Source: Desulfosudaceae bacterium (lineage in GTDB: Bacteria > Desulfobacterota > Desulfobacteria > Desulfobacterales > Desulfosudaceae). From it: DNA of 64,000 nucleotides. Positions 10,720 through 19,812 of this stretch are shown here, piece by piece. Both the position numbers and the translations under genes were made by a program. The notes under the pieces are model-generated. The model made no database searches and had not been told where the DNA came from. It saw only the letters and a program-made list of their open reading frames with translations. The DNA lies in the NCBI GenBank assembly GCA_963674745.2, contig CAXXDV010000001.1, positions 192,001-256,000 on the forward strand, read 5' to 3'. Within the stretch, counting starts at the first letter, position 1, and each line of letters opens with the position of its first letter.

Positions 10720-11678
10720 TTATACTTATTAATCATCCTTTTCAACAAAACATAAAATCGATAGGTATTATAATTTTGGTACTTTATATATAATTTTATT
10801 TTTTGCCTAAGTGGTAGTTTAAAATAATTAGGTATTACATTGTTCAAGCATTTATTCGACAAAGGATCAGCAAGCGAATAGTTAAAACAGTTCTCACAAT
10901 CAATTGTTTGTTTAGAAAAGATATTTTCACTGATGGTTCCACAATGGATTCCGCTGCCATCATGCCCCCAATTTCGTACTTTTGAAATAATCGGGAAAAT
11001 ACAGAACTTGTCATCTTCTATTAAATAAGTCGCGATAGCTCTATCTCCAGTAGGATTTTTTTTCTTAGCTATATAAGACAGGATATTGAAAAACCGCCTT
11101 TCGTCGAAACGTTTAATTTTCTTTATAATTTTTTTATTCTTCAACAATTCCTCAAGTTCAAAAACAGTATAGATATCTTTGAAATTACGATTCTTCCAAG
11201 TTCCATATCCCCATGCTGAAAATCCTTTTCCATAGAAATAATTATAGTCTTCAGAGCAATTAATTGTAACCGGATAAAGGTATCCACAAATCGCTAAAAC
11301 TCTATCATCAGCTTCAAATTTGTCTAACCCTTTATTAATATAGTCCAAAAAATTGGGAGAGAACTCATTATCATCTTCAGAGAAGATTATTCTATCAAAT
11401 TTCCCAAAAATAATTTTCATGGAATTTTTTAGGTTTTCACGTGCCCCAAAGTTTTTTTCCCTTTGTATAACTTCTATAGAATTAAACCCTTGGATAGTCG
11501 GTAGATATTCAACAATTTTCCGATAACCTTCCCAGTGAGAATCATTTAAGGGAAGATCCAAAGCGATGAATAGATCTGTTTTCTCAGCATGGGTACATCT
11601 TGAAAGAGATTCAACGCATCTTCTGAAGTGTTCATACCTGTTTAACGTCGGAATTAATACCGGGGCAAATTTATCCAC
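10716..11678 (-). CDS. GT-A fold glycosyltransferase (GT2-like)
   Basis: PVLIPTLNR N-terminus, FSEDD, FSAWGYGTW, NWGHDGSG. Confidence 0.8.
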   Translation of the reverse strand: MDKFAPVLIPTLNRYEHFRRCVESLSRCTHAEKTDLFIALDLPLNDSHWEGYRKIVEYLPTIQGFNSIEVIQREKNFGARENLKNSMKIIFGKFDRIIFSEDDNEFSPNFLDYINKGLDKFEADDRVLAICGYLYPVTINCSEDYNYFYGKGFSAWGYGTWKNRNFKDIYTVFELEELLKNKKIIKKIKRFDERRFFNILSYIAKKKNPTGDRAIATYLIEDDKFCIFPIISKVRNWGHDGSGIHCGTISENIFSKQTIDCENCFNYSLADPLSNKCLNNVIPNYFKLPLRQKIKLYIKYQNYNTYRFYVLLKRMINKYK

Positions 11679-13200
11679 AAACTTTAGCTCTCAATAACAT
11701 TTTTTTTATAATCTCAATGGCAAAATTCTTCTCTTTCTTTTCTAAACCGACAAAAAAGATTGCCGCAAAAAGAACGAACATTGAAAAGATAGAAAAACAA
11801 AAAAATCGGATTATGCCACAGGGAAAATACGGTTTGATAAAAAAAAGAGGCCCTGTCAGCAGAGCAACATATAGTATTTTAACGTAGGATGTTTTTATAA
11901 AATATTTTACATCAAAATCGATCAGGGCTTTCAACAAAATTTGTCGCGATACCACATTTAAAATAGCCGTTGCAATATAACCTATTTGTATCGCATAAGG
12001 GGGATATCCTGTTTTAAATAGTATATAACCAATGGGCAAACTTATCAGAGAAGTGGTGCTTAAAATAATCTGAAAATATTTAATTTTCCCTGTTGCATCC
12101 ACCAGCGCGGGAACACCGGCACCAAGGCTCTCCACCAGTTCGTTGATTATCATAAGCTGGCAAAAAATTACCGTGTATGGCGGAACAACATCTAACCACA
12201 CCTTAATTAAAAAATCCGTTTCCAGCAAAATCGGTAATGACGGAATTAGCATTAAAAAACAGGTGTATTTTGAAATATGGGCGGCCAGGGTAACGGATCG
12301 GTTGGTGTTACCACTGCTGAAACTTTTGGTGATCTGCGGAATAGCCGCCTGCCCCAAATTCCTTGAAAAAGCCGACACTACTCCATTTACTTGTTTGGCG
12401 ATACCAAACCCCGCGTTGAGCACCGTCCCAAAAAATGCATTAATGATAAGTGCAGACCCTTGAATTTTTCCAATTGCAGCAATGCCCCCAATTGTCACCC
12501 AGCCTGAGAAAGACAACATTTCTTTATATTTAGAAAACTCTTTTCGAAATTTCCATTTAATGATTTCCTTATATTTTTTTTTGCAGTATGCAAAAAAAAG
12601 AAAAGAAGGCGTACCATTGGCTATGGCGATCAGTACTGCATAAAGCCTTAGTTTTTCATCGGTGTAAAAAATTATGAGCGCCGCAATAAATGCCAGTACA
12701 CTTCTGATAATTTCTATGATTACCCGTACTGCAAATTTTTCATTGGCTGTTACCAGACCCTGGTAAGGAATACTAACCACAGAGAAACAAGTAGCCAACG
12801 CAGAAAACCGCATTACAAACAATGCATCAGCTATTTTTCCAGCATCAACATTTAGATAGTTTTTCACATAAAAAACGCCGGCTGTCTCAGCCAGAACTAA
12901 AACCAGTATTGCCAGGCAAAGGTGTATAACCAGGCTTATATTAAAGACCTGGTTGACACCGGCGACACTTTTTTTGCCCATTTCATACGCGATAAAACGG
13001 TAGGTTGTTGAAGTTAAAATTGGGTTTAAAAAAGCCAGCATAACCACAATCCCACCTACCACACTGTACAATCCATAATCGGTAACGCCGAGGCCTTGAA
13101 TTACAAAACGAGATGCTACCAAGCCTAATATTGATGTAAACACCAATCGGAAAAAAAGAATGCTGCTATTTTTAAGTATAATAATATTATCTTTTGACAT
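11671..13200 (-). CDS. wzx: Wzx oligosaccharide flippase (MOP family)
   Basis: About 12-14 TM segments; LGVTDYGLYSVVGGIV N-terminal motif. Confidence 0.85.
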   Translation of the reverse strand: MSKDNIIILKNSSILFFRLVFTSILGLVASRFVIQGLGVTDYGLYSVVGGIVVMLAFLNPILTSTTYRFIAYEMGKKSVAGVNQVFNISLVIHLCLAILVLVLAETAGVFYVKNYLNVDAGKIADALFVMRFSALATCFSVVSIPYQGLVTANEKFAVRVIIEIIRSVLAFIAALIIFYTDEKLRLYAVLIAIANGTPSFLFFAYCKKKYKEIIKWKFRKEFSKYKEMLSFSGWVTIGGIAAIGKIQGSALIINAFFGTVLNAGFGIAKQVNGVVSAFSRNLGQAAIPQITKSFSSGNTNRSVTLAAHISKYTCFLMLIPSLPILLETDFLIKVWLDVVPPYTVIFCQLMIINELVESLGAGVPALVDATGKIKYFQIILSTTSLISLPIGYILFKTGYPPYAIQIGYIATAILNVVSRQILLKALIDFDVKYFIKTSYVKILYVALLTGPLFFIKPYFPCGIIRFFCFSIFSMFVLFAAIFFVGLEKKEKNFAIEIIKKMLLRAKVCG

Positions 13201-13239
13201 TTGTGCGCAAAATCCCTATAAACACAATGGTCTTTATTT

Positions 13240-13920
13240 TCATGGTTTCATGGCTTCCATCACCAGTGTTTCGTGCTTTCTTACTGCTTCTTCTTTCATT
13301 AAGCGTTTGTCTGTACCAGTTTCACCAAATTTTAATTCTTTTATATTTTTGAACCCTTGCATTCCAAGAGCTACAGTTAACAATTCAACATCCCAAACTG
13401 AATGATGGCCCCAGTTTTGAGTCCAATTGCCAATCGCTTCTGCTTTATACTTATAAAGAGGATTCACAATTTTACCATTATAGATATCTACAGCAATTTT
13501 TAAATCTGGTACATTGATATGAAGCCAACAGCCTGGTTTTAAAATTCTATATATTTCACTTAATAACTGGTAAGCATGATTTGGCCATAAATGTTCAAGG
13601 GTATGGCCAGAATAGACACCATCAACGACATTGTCCGGGCAATTTAGAGGAAATCGCAAATCAGTTTCTACTTCCGGCAGCCGTCTTTTCTTCCACGGCT
13701 TACGAAGGTTATGATAAAAATCTACATGAATCCAACCATCCGTGAAATTGTTACCCACACCGATATCGACAAGCATGGGCTTCTGGTTTAAGGGGAACCG
13801 GCTTTTAGTGTTGTAAAAAAAACGTCTCCCAAAAAAACTATTCAATTCGAAAGAGAACTCTTGCCAGAACGATGGAGCTGAGTAATTTGGATACATTGCT
13901 TTTAGACTTTGCTTCTGCAA
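13240..13920 (-). CDS. Class I SAM-dependent methyltransferase
   Basis: VDIGVG, HTLEHL, RILKPGC motifs; start could be ATG 13896. Confidence 0.8.
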   Translation of the reverse strand: MQKQSLKAMYPNYSAPSFWQEFSFELNSFFGRRFFYNTKSRFPLNQKPMLVDIGVGNNFTDGWIHVDFYHNLRKPWKKRRLPEVETDLRFPLNCPDNVVDGVYSGHTLEHLWPNHAYQLLSEIYRILKPGCWLHINVPDLKIAVDIYNGKIVNPLYKYKAEAIGNWTQNWGHHSVWDVELLTVALGMQGFKNIKELKFGETGTDKRLMKEEAVRKHETLVMEAMKP

Positions 13921-13938
13921 AAAATTTTATATTTAATA

Positions 13939-15711
13939 CCTGAATTTTGCACGTAACATCCCGCAATCGACCTTCTGGCCACGTTAAAATTATTCGGTGG
14001 TAGTCATTCTCTCCCGCCGATTCACATATCAATCACCCTCAGCCTTCGTCCTTCAAGCATCCGGATGGCCGCTGACCCGAATAACTTTTTATTTTCACAA
14101 CACATATCGTACAAATTTTTCTTTGCTCTTATTATGCGATAGTAAAATTTTGCGGCCAGCCGTTGTCGTTTATCCAAGCCTTGGGCTTGTGTCGGGCCTC
14201 ATCCAAAAAATTGAGAAAGTTGATCATGGCCGGCGTTCTGGCATCGTGGATCGAATATTTCACCTTAGTCCGGTTCTGAGCCATTACCACTTTTGCGGCA
14301 ATAAAAAGCATCTTCAGTCGGGCGATCCGGAGGGTATTGGTGCCGATCTCTTTCATGCCTAGCGCTGATTCTTCCGTACTCTCTGCGGCGGCCTCACTGT
14401 TAACGGCAAGTAGCTTCATATAACGCCAGATATTATAGGCCAGCATGACCAATTGAAAAAATGCGTAGTTGCTTTTGAATTTGCCTGTTGGGATGGCGTC
14501 CAGCCCTTCCCGTTTGGCCTCACCAACAAGATTTTCCACGTCGGCACGCTTATCATATTCAGAGACAACTTTATGCGCCGGACCGGCTTTATCCGTACAA
14601 AAAATCCGATAAGTGAAACGATCTTCTTCTAAAATTTCCTGCTGGACCGGCTTGTCCGTTTTTTGTTCTTTGGGGATGCGCATAGCAACAAACCGGCAGG
14701 GCTCCTGCCAGCCCATGGGCTGATAAATGCAATCATTATATTCGATATCACTCCTTTGATAAGGACGGTACCAGGTATGTGGATCAAACCAAGGAGCGCA
14801 CTTCTTATTGGCAATAATAAACCGAAAATCACAATCTTTGGCAGCGGCTACGGCCTCCCAGCTGCAAAACTCGCCATCGGCCCGAAGCAACACAGCCTGC
14901 ACACAGCCGGGAAGCTGATTTTTGATTTCGTGAATAAAGTCGGCAGTCTCTTGTCCGGAGATGGTTTCTCCGGCGCGCAATTTACCGGCAATATATTCCC
15001 GGGTCTGATCAATAAAAGCCAATACCGGCCGATAACCTTTCTTGCCCCGGTGTTTGGTGTTATGGCCTTTGCGTCCGCCTTGCTGACGGCCGTATATCGT
15101 CTCCACCGTGGTATCGATACTGATGTTTATCTGGCCATAATACAAACCAAGCTGCTTCCAGACCCGTTCACGCAGAACGCTCATGACCATTAAAAGAGAT
15201 TTGCCCTGGTTAATCCCCATACTGTCAACGTATCGCCAGAAGGTGCTGACCACAGGAAGTCGCTCCAACTTGAAAAACCCGCACATCATGGCATCCAGTC
15301 GAACATATGCAAAATGGCAGATACGGTTGAACCCTATAAACAGTAGCATCAAAACACCAACCACCATCGAATAATGACCCAGCTTGGGATCGCGACGAGG
15401 CGCAATATAGGATGAGTCAAAGATTTCAGCAAAATTGACCAGATCCAAAAATTATATCAATCCCAAAAGCCCGCCAAATGGGCTTAAATGTTCAGAGCAG
15501 GTATCAAATCCTGTTGAAGCGGTGATTTTTCTGGCATTGGCAAATTTTCTTTTAAACCCTTACCGACACGCTTTTTACTGTTATTCTTTTTACGCTGTTT
15601 TACCATCTGGGTACCTCCTGTTTTTATTATTGGTTGTTTCGCAAACCCCAATATAACAGGAGGCCCGGATGGTTTCTTCTATTTTTTTAAAGCAGTCGTG
15701 CAAAATTCAGG
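13939..15711 (-). mobile_element. IS1380-family insertion sequence
   Basis: Perfect 15-bp terminal inverted repeats CCTGAATTTTGCACG (13939-13953) and CGTGCAAAATTCAGG (15697-15711); flanks TAATA/TGATA are a possible 5-bp duplication with one mismatch. Confidence 0.9.
14132..15606 (-). pseudogene. IS1380 DDE transposase with disrupted N-terminus
   Basis: IDTTVE, LLRADGEF, YDKRADVENLVGEAK motifs. The AGGAGG-preceded ATG at 15606 is out of frame with the body, and the body frame has TAA at 15452-15454. Confidence 0.75.
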
Positions 15712-15749
15712 TGATAATAGTAGTTGAATATTGCCGGTGCATCAAAAAA

Positions 15750-16382
15750 TCAAGCCAATCCACCTCTTTTTGCCGGGATCCCAACAACTGTTTGGCCGTC
15801 AGCAATATTCTTGGTAACCACAGCCCCTGCACCAACGACAACATTATTGCCTATTTTTATTTTAGGCAGTATTACACAACCCGTCCCTAATGAACAAAAA
15901 GCACCTATTTGGCAATTACCCGCGACATGAACCCCGGGCGACAGTTCTGTATATTTCCCTATTTTTGTATCATGGGAAACTGTGCAATTTAAATTCACAA
16001 GGCACCCCTCACCGATAGTTGTATCATTTTCTATTATAGCCCCAGTCAGTATATTGCAGCCTAGCCCGATTACTGTATTAAAGATTCCAATATCAGCTTT
16101 TGGAGAAATAAGTGTCGTAAGTCTACCACCAATTTCGATAAATTTTTTTGACAGGTTAAATCTTATCTGGGGGCGACCAACACCTATAACAAATCGGCTA
16201 TCACCAGCTGAAAACAACGCCTGGGCCTGTTCGAAGTTTCTTAATATTATAAATTGATCGTATAATTTCTCCGGCAAGTCTTTGTTCGTATTATCAAAGA
16301 AAAAAATATTCTCTAATTCTCCAAGTTGACTGAAAATCTGTAATATCTGTTTTGAAAACCCTTTTGCTCCTATAACCAACAT
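15750..16382 (-). CDS. Hexapeptide-repeat sugar acetyltransferase (NeuD/PglB/VioB family)
   Basis: IGAKGF N-domain, VSHD catalytic His, hexapeptide repeats, VVGIPAK. Confidence 0.88.
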   Translation of the reverse strand: MLVIGAKGFSKQILQIFSQLGELENIFFFDNTNKDLPEKLYDQFIILRNFEQAQALFSAGDSRFVIGVGRPQIRFNLSKKFIEIGGRLTTLISPKADIGIFNTVIGLGCNILTGAIIENDTTIGEGCLVNLNCTVSHDTKIGKYTELSPGVHVAGNCQIGAFCSLGTGCVILPKIKIGNNVVVGAGAVVTKNIADGQTVVGIPAKRGGLA

Positions 16383-16443
16383 AAAAATACTTCCTTTCAG
16401 TTATTAAGCTTAAACCTCTCAACTGACTTTGAGTCGGGGCTAC

Positions 16444-17577
16444 TTATCTTTTATGTTTGGTGATTATTTCTGCAATATTGTCTACATGTTCCAGTCCCAA
16501 ATCTGGAAAAATTGGCAGACACAACACCTCTTCCGCCACTCGGGTAGCCACCGGCAAGTTTTTCGGTTCCGCTTCGGGCAGGGATCGGTACATACTAAAG
16601 GATGAGATCAGCGGATAAAAATAACGGCGGCAGAAATAGTTATATGTTTTCAAGTGTTCATAAAGCGCATCCCGGGTCCGGCCAAAGGTGGCGGTGTTCA
16701 CAAATATAGGAAAATAAGCATTATTGTAATCCACATCCGGTCCGGGTCTCAGAAAGGAGATACCCTCAATGCTATCCATCAGGCCCATGTATCTCTCGGC
16801 AATAGCTTTGCGCTTTGCTCTGACTTGATCAAAGTATTTTAACTGCAACAAGCCCAAACCGGCCTGAAATTCGTTCATCTTGGCATTGATCCCGGGCGCC
16901 ACTACCGTGGTCTCTCCGGCAAATCCGAAATTTTTCAGGTAGCCGATACGCTTGCGGGTCCTGGCATCGTGACAGATAATGGCCCCGCCTTCAAAGGTGT
17001 TAAAGGCCTTGGTGGCATGGAAGCTAAGCACGGATAGATCCCCAAAATCCGCCAGAGACCGCCCCCCCAACCGGACCCCAAAAGTGTGGGCCGCGTCATA
17101 GATCAGATGCAGCCCGTAGGTGCCGGCGATCTCTTGGAAGCGATTTACCCGACAGGGATTTCCGTAGACATGAACCGGCATGATGCCCGTGGTTTTGAGT
17201 GTGATGGCGGATTCCACCCTTTCCGGATCCAGATTATAATATTCCGGTTCGATGTCCACAAACACCGGCCGAATGTTGTTCCACCACAGCGAATGAGAGG
17301 TGGCCACAAAGCTGAAAGGCGTGGTGATAACCTCACCGGTGACCCGCATCACCTGCAGGGCAAGGACCAGGGCCAGGGTGCCGTTGGCGCACAGTGCCAC
17401 GTAGGGCACACCAAGAAATTCGGCCAGCTGCCTTTCAAATTCCTCGTGAAAGGGACCGGAGTTGGTGAGGCATTTGCTTGTCCAAATCTTTTCAAGATAC
17501 GGCTGGAATTCTTCAATCGGCGGCAGATATGACTGTGTTACGAATATGGGCTCAGTGGCTTTTTTGTCTGTTATCAT
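16444..17577 (-). CDS. vioA: DegT-family sugar aminotransferase, VioA-like
   Basis: PIFVTQSYLP, YDAAH, SFHATK PLP lysine, GINAKMNE, RRYFYPL; start approximate. Confidence 0.8.
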   Translation of the reverse strand: MITDKKATEPIFVTQSYLPPIEEFQPYLEKIWTSKCLTNSGPFHEEFERQLAEFLGVPYVALCANGTLALVLALQVMRVTGEVITTPFSFVATSHSLWWNNIRPVFVDIEPEYYNLDPERVESAITLKTTGIMPVHVYGNPCRVNRFQEIAGTYGLHLIYDAAHTFGVRLGGRSLADFGDLSVLSFHATKAFNTFEGGAIICHDARTRKRIGYLKNFGFAGETTVVAPGINAKMNEFQAGLGLLQLKYFDQVRAKRKAIAERYMGLMDSIEGISFLRPGPDVDYNNAYFPIFVNTATFGRTRDALYEHLKTYNYFCRRYFYPLISSFSMYRSLPEAEPKNLPVATRVAEEVLCLPIFPDLGLEHVDNIAEIITKHKR

Positions 17578-17622
17578 AAGTTTAAGACCTCTTTTTAAAA
17601 ACAAAAATTTTAAGCCGTCTGC

Positions 17623-18270
17623 TTACAGGTCCAAGGGGGATAAGCTCTTGACAATTTTCCCGGGTACGCCCACTACAAGTGAATTGTCCGCGACATCTTT
17701 TGTAACCAACGCGCCAGCGCCAACAATAACATTCATGCCCAGACAAATATCAGGAAGCAAAACAGCACCTGAACCAATTTTACAGAACTTGCCTATCCTG
17801 CATCTGCCTGAAATATGCACACCGGGCAATAACACTGAATACTTTCCGATAAATGTATCGTGGCCAATGGTGCAGTTAAGATTTATCAAAGCCCCTTCTT
17901 CAATGGTAATCTCGCATGTGACAACGCTCCCGGTCATGAGGTTGACGCCCCGGCCAATGGCAACACCAAATTGTCCGATATGCGCATTAGGCGAAATTGT
18001 CGAGGTGTATTCCCCGCCCCATTTCGTAAATTTTGCGGCTAAGGAATACCGAAGAACAGGATCACCGAGACCCACAGTAAACTTTTTGGAATAACGGCTA
18101 AAAACATCTACTACATCAGCCTTGTTTCGCAGCACCTTAAATTTATTGTACAAGACTTCGGGAACGTGATCTGATATATCGTCATAAAAAAATATTTCTT
18201 CACTAAGCGGTTTTTGGGACAGGACTGCCAGCACTTCTTTTGCAAAGCCTTTTGCGCCGACGATGATCAT
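17623..18270 (-). CDS. Second hexapeptide-repeat sugar acetyltransferase (NeuD/PglB/VioB family)
   Basis: IVGAKGFAKE, IGHD, VVGVPGK; GAGG upstream of ATG 18270. Confidence 0.88.
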   Translation of the reverse strand: MIIVGAKGFAKEVLAVLSQKPLSEEIFFYDDISDHVPEVLYNKFKVLRNKADVVDVFSRYSKKFTVGLGDPVLRYSLAAKFTKWGGEYTSTISPNAHIGQFGVAIGRGVNLMTGSVVTCEITIEEGALINLNCTIGHDTFIGKYSVLLPGVHISGRCRIGKFCKIGSGAVLLPDICLGMNVIVGAGALVTKDVADNSLVVGVPGKIVKSLSPLDL

Positions 18271-18422
18271 CTTAATACCTCGCTTTCGCCCTGCCTGAGA
18301 AGGCATGCCACACGTTGAAAGTGCGTTTGAGCTTTATTGTCTCGATTGTCGATATAAAATATAAAAATTTATTGATCTAAAAGCTTAATTCTCGACTCGT
18401 TTATCATACTCTTTTTAGGTTA

Positions 18423-19769
18423 TTATTGTCGTTTACGGCTACGCGTTGCATATTGCGTCGCATACTCCACGACAATGCGGGCCAGACGCTCGGTGGCCAT
18501 TCCGTCCAGCGGACCAAAAAGTTTTTCCCGGATCTTTTTCCTACCTTCAGCAAACCATGTAGGGTCGGCAAGCGCCCGGCGAATTGCGCCCATCAACTCT
18601 TCAGGTGAATTCACCAGGGCAATGGTTCCTTCGTCCACAAGAAAACGGAAATGCTTTTTCAACCATCCGTGTTGAAAAAACTGTTCATATTCTTCAGCCA
18701 TAATCGGATTGAAAGCCGGCACGACAGTCGGAGTGTCAAAAATAGCCGCTTCTATAGTCATGGTGGATCCGGGGCTGACGCAGACATCTGCATGCCGCAG
18801 CAGATTACCAGCGAGAATATTTTCATCTCGCGACGGCCACCAACGCATGCCAGGGCAATACCTGGAATATCTGGAGAATACGATATCTTTCCGCGCTCGA
18901 AATTCGTCAAAGTAATGATCTATAGACAGGGGATGAAGCCTCAACACAACCTGCGGCGGTCCAGGCAGCGCCGCCTCATCCAGCGCATTCAGAAACGCCC
19001 GAAAGGTGCCAGTCTCATCCCCGAACATTCGCAACTGCCCCATAGTGGCAAAAAACAGAATAGGCCGCTCGGGATCAAGGCCCATGTGGTCACACAATTT
19101 TTGCCGGGTCCAAATACTTTCGGTTTCAAAATAAGGGTCAAATATCGGCGCGCCGATGACCTCGATCTGCTCGGGCAAATAGCCGCTGATATTAACCAAA
19201 CCGTCACGCATAACTGTTGACCAGCAGGTCAGTCGATCGGGCCTGAAACGCTGTGGGGTGAAGGGATGATCCCAGGAAAAAATGTTGCCGAGCGTGGGTA
19301 TCCCCTTAAGATAGCAAAGGCCCAACAGACCGCGGCTGAAACCCTGATTGAAATGGGCCGTAACAAAACAATCCGGTTTGAATTCTTCGAGAAAATCGTC
19401 CAGAAAGGCCGCATCGGCTGCGTTAACGCGGGCGCTGAAAATTTTCCACATCCATTGCCGGGCACGCCGCCATTTAACGTGAGAAAGTATACTATCAAGG
19501 CGTCTCTCGACCTTGAACAGCAGGGGGTGGCGTATCTTTTGAGCCTGCTGGACGGAAAAATAAGAAAAACTGGTACCAGGTAAACGATATCGCTCGATAA
19601 ATGGTTCGAAGCAGGCGCCGGGGGATAGGACATGGACCTCGGCCCCTAAATCCAGACAATGCTGGAGAAAATTGTTTTCAAGAATAGCGCTGGCTGAACG
19701 GCCGTCGCCGGTTTCGAGCAGGATACGTAAAGGCCTGTTTGGTTTTTTTGAGGATAACTTCTGTTTCAT
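18423..19769 (-). CDS. Putative GT-B transferase (CDP-glycerol transferase or sialyltransferase-like), candidate nonulosonate transferase
   Basis: VLRLHP and STMTIEAAIFDTP motifs; directly follows the CMP-sugar synthetase. Confidence 0.55.
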   Translation of the reverse strand: MKQKLSSKKPNRPLRILLETGDGRSASAILENNFLQHCLDLGAEVHVLSPGACFEPFIERYRLPGTSFSYFSVQQAQKIRHPLLFKVERRLDSILSHVKWRRARQWMWKIFSARVNAADAAFLDDFLEEFKPDCFVTAHFNQGFSRGLLGLCYLKGIPTLGNIFSWDHPFTPQRFRPDRLTCWSTVMRDGLVNISGYLPEQIEVIGAPIFDPYFETESIWTRQKLCDHMGLDPERPILFFATMGQLRMFGDETGTFRAFLNALDEAALPGPPQVVLRLHPLSIDHYFDEFRARKDIVFSRYSRYCPGMRWWPSRDENILAGNLLRHADVCVSPGSTMTIEAAIFDTPTVVPAFNPIMAEEYEQFFQHGWLKKHFRFLVDEGTIALVNSPEELMGAIRRALADPTWFAEGRKKIREKLFGPLDGMATERLARIVVEYATQYATRSRKRQ

Positions 19770-19812
19770 AGAAAGGTTTTATGTTTTAAGTGTTAGGATA
19801 ATAAGGTAATGC

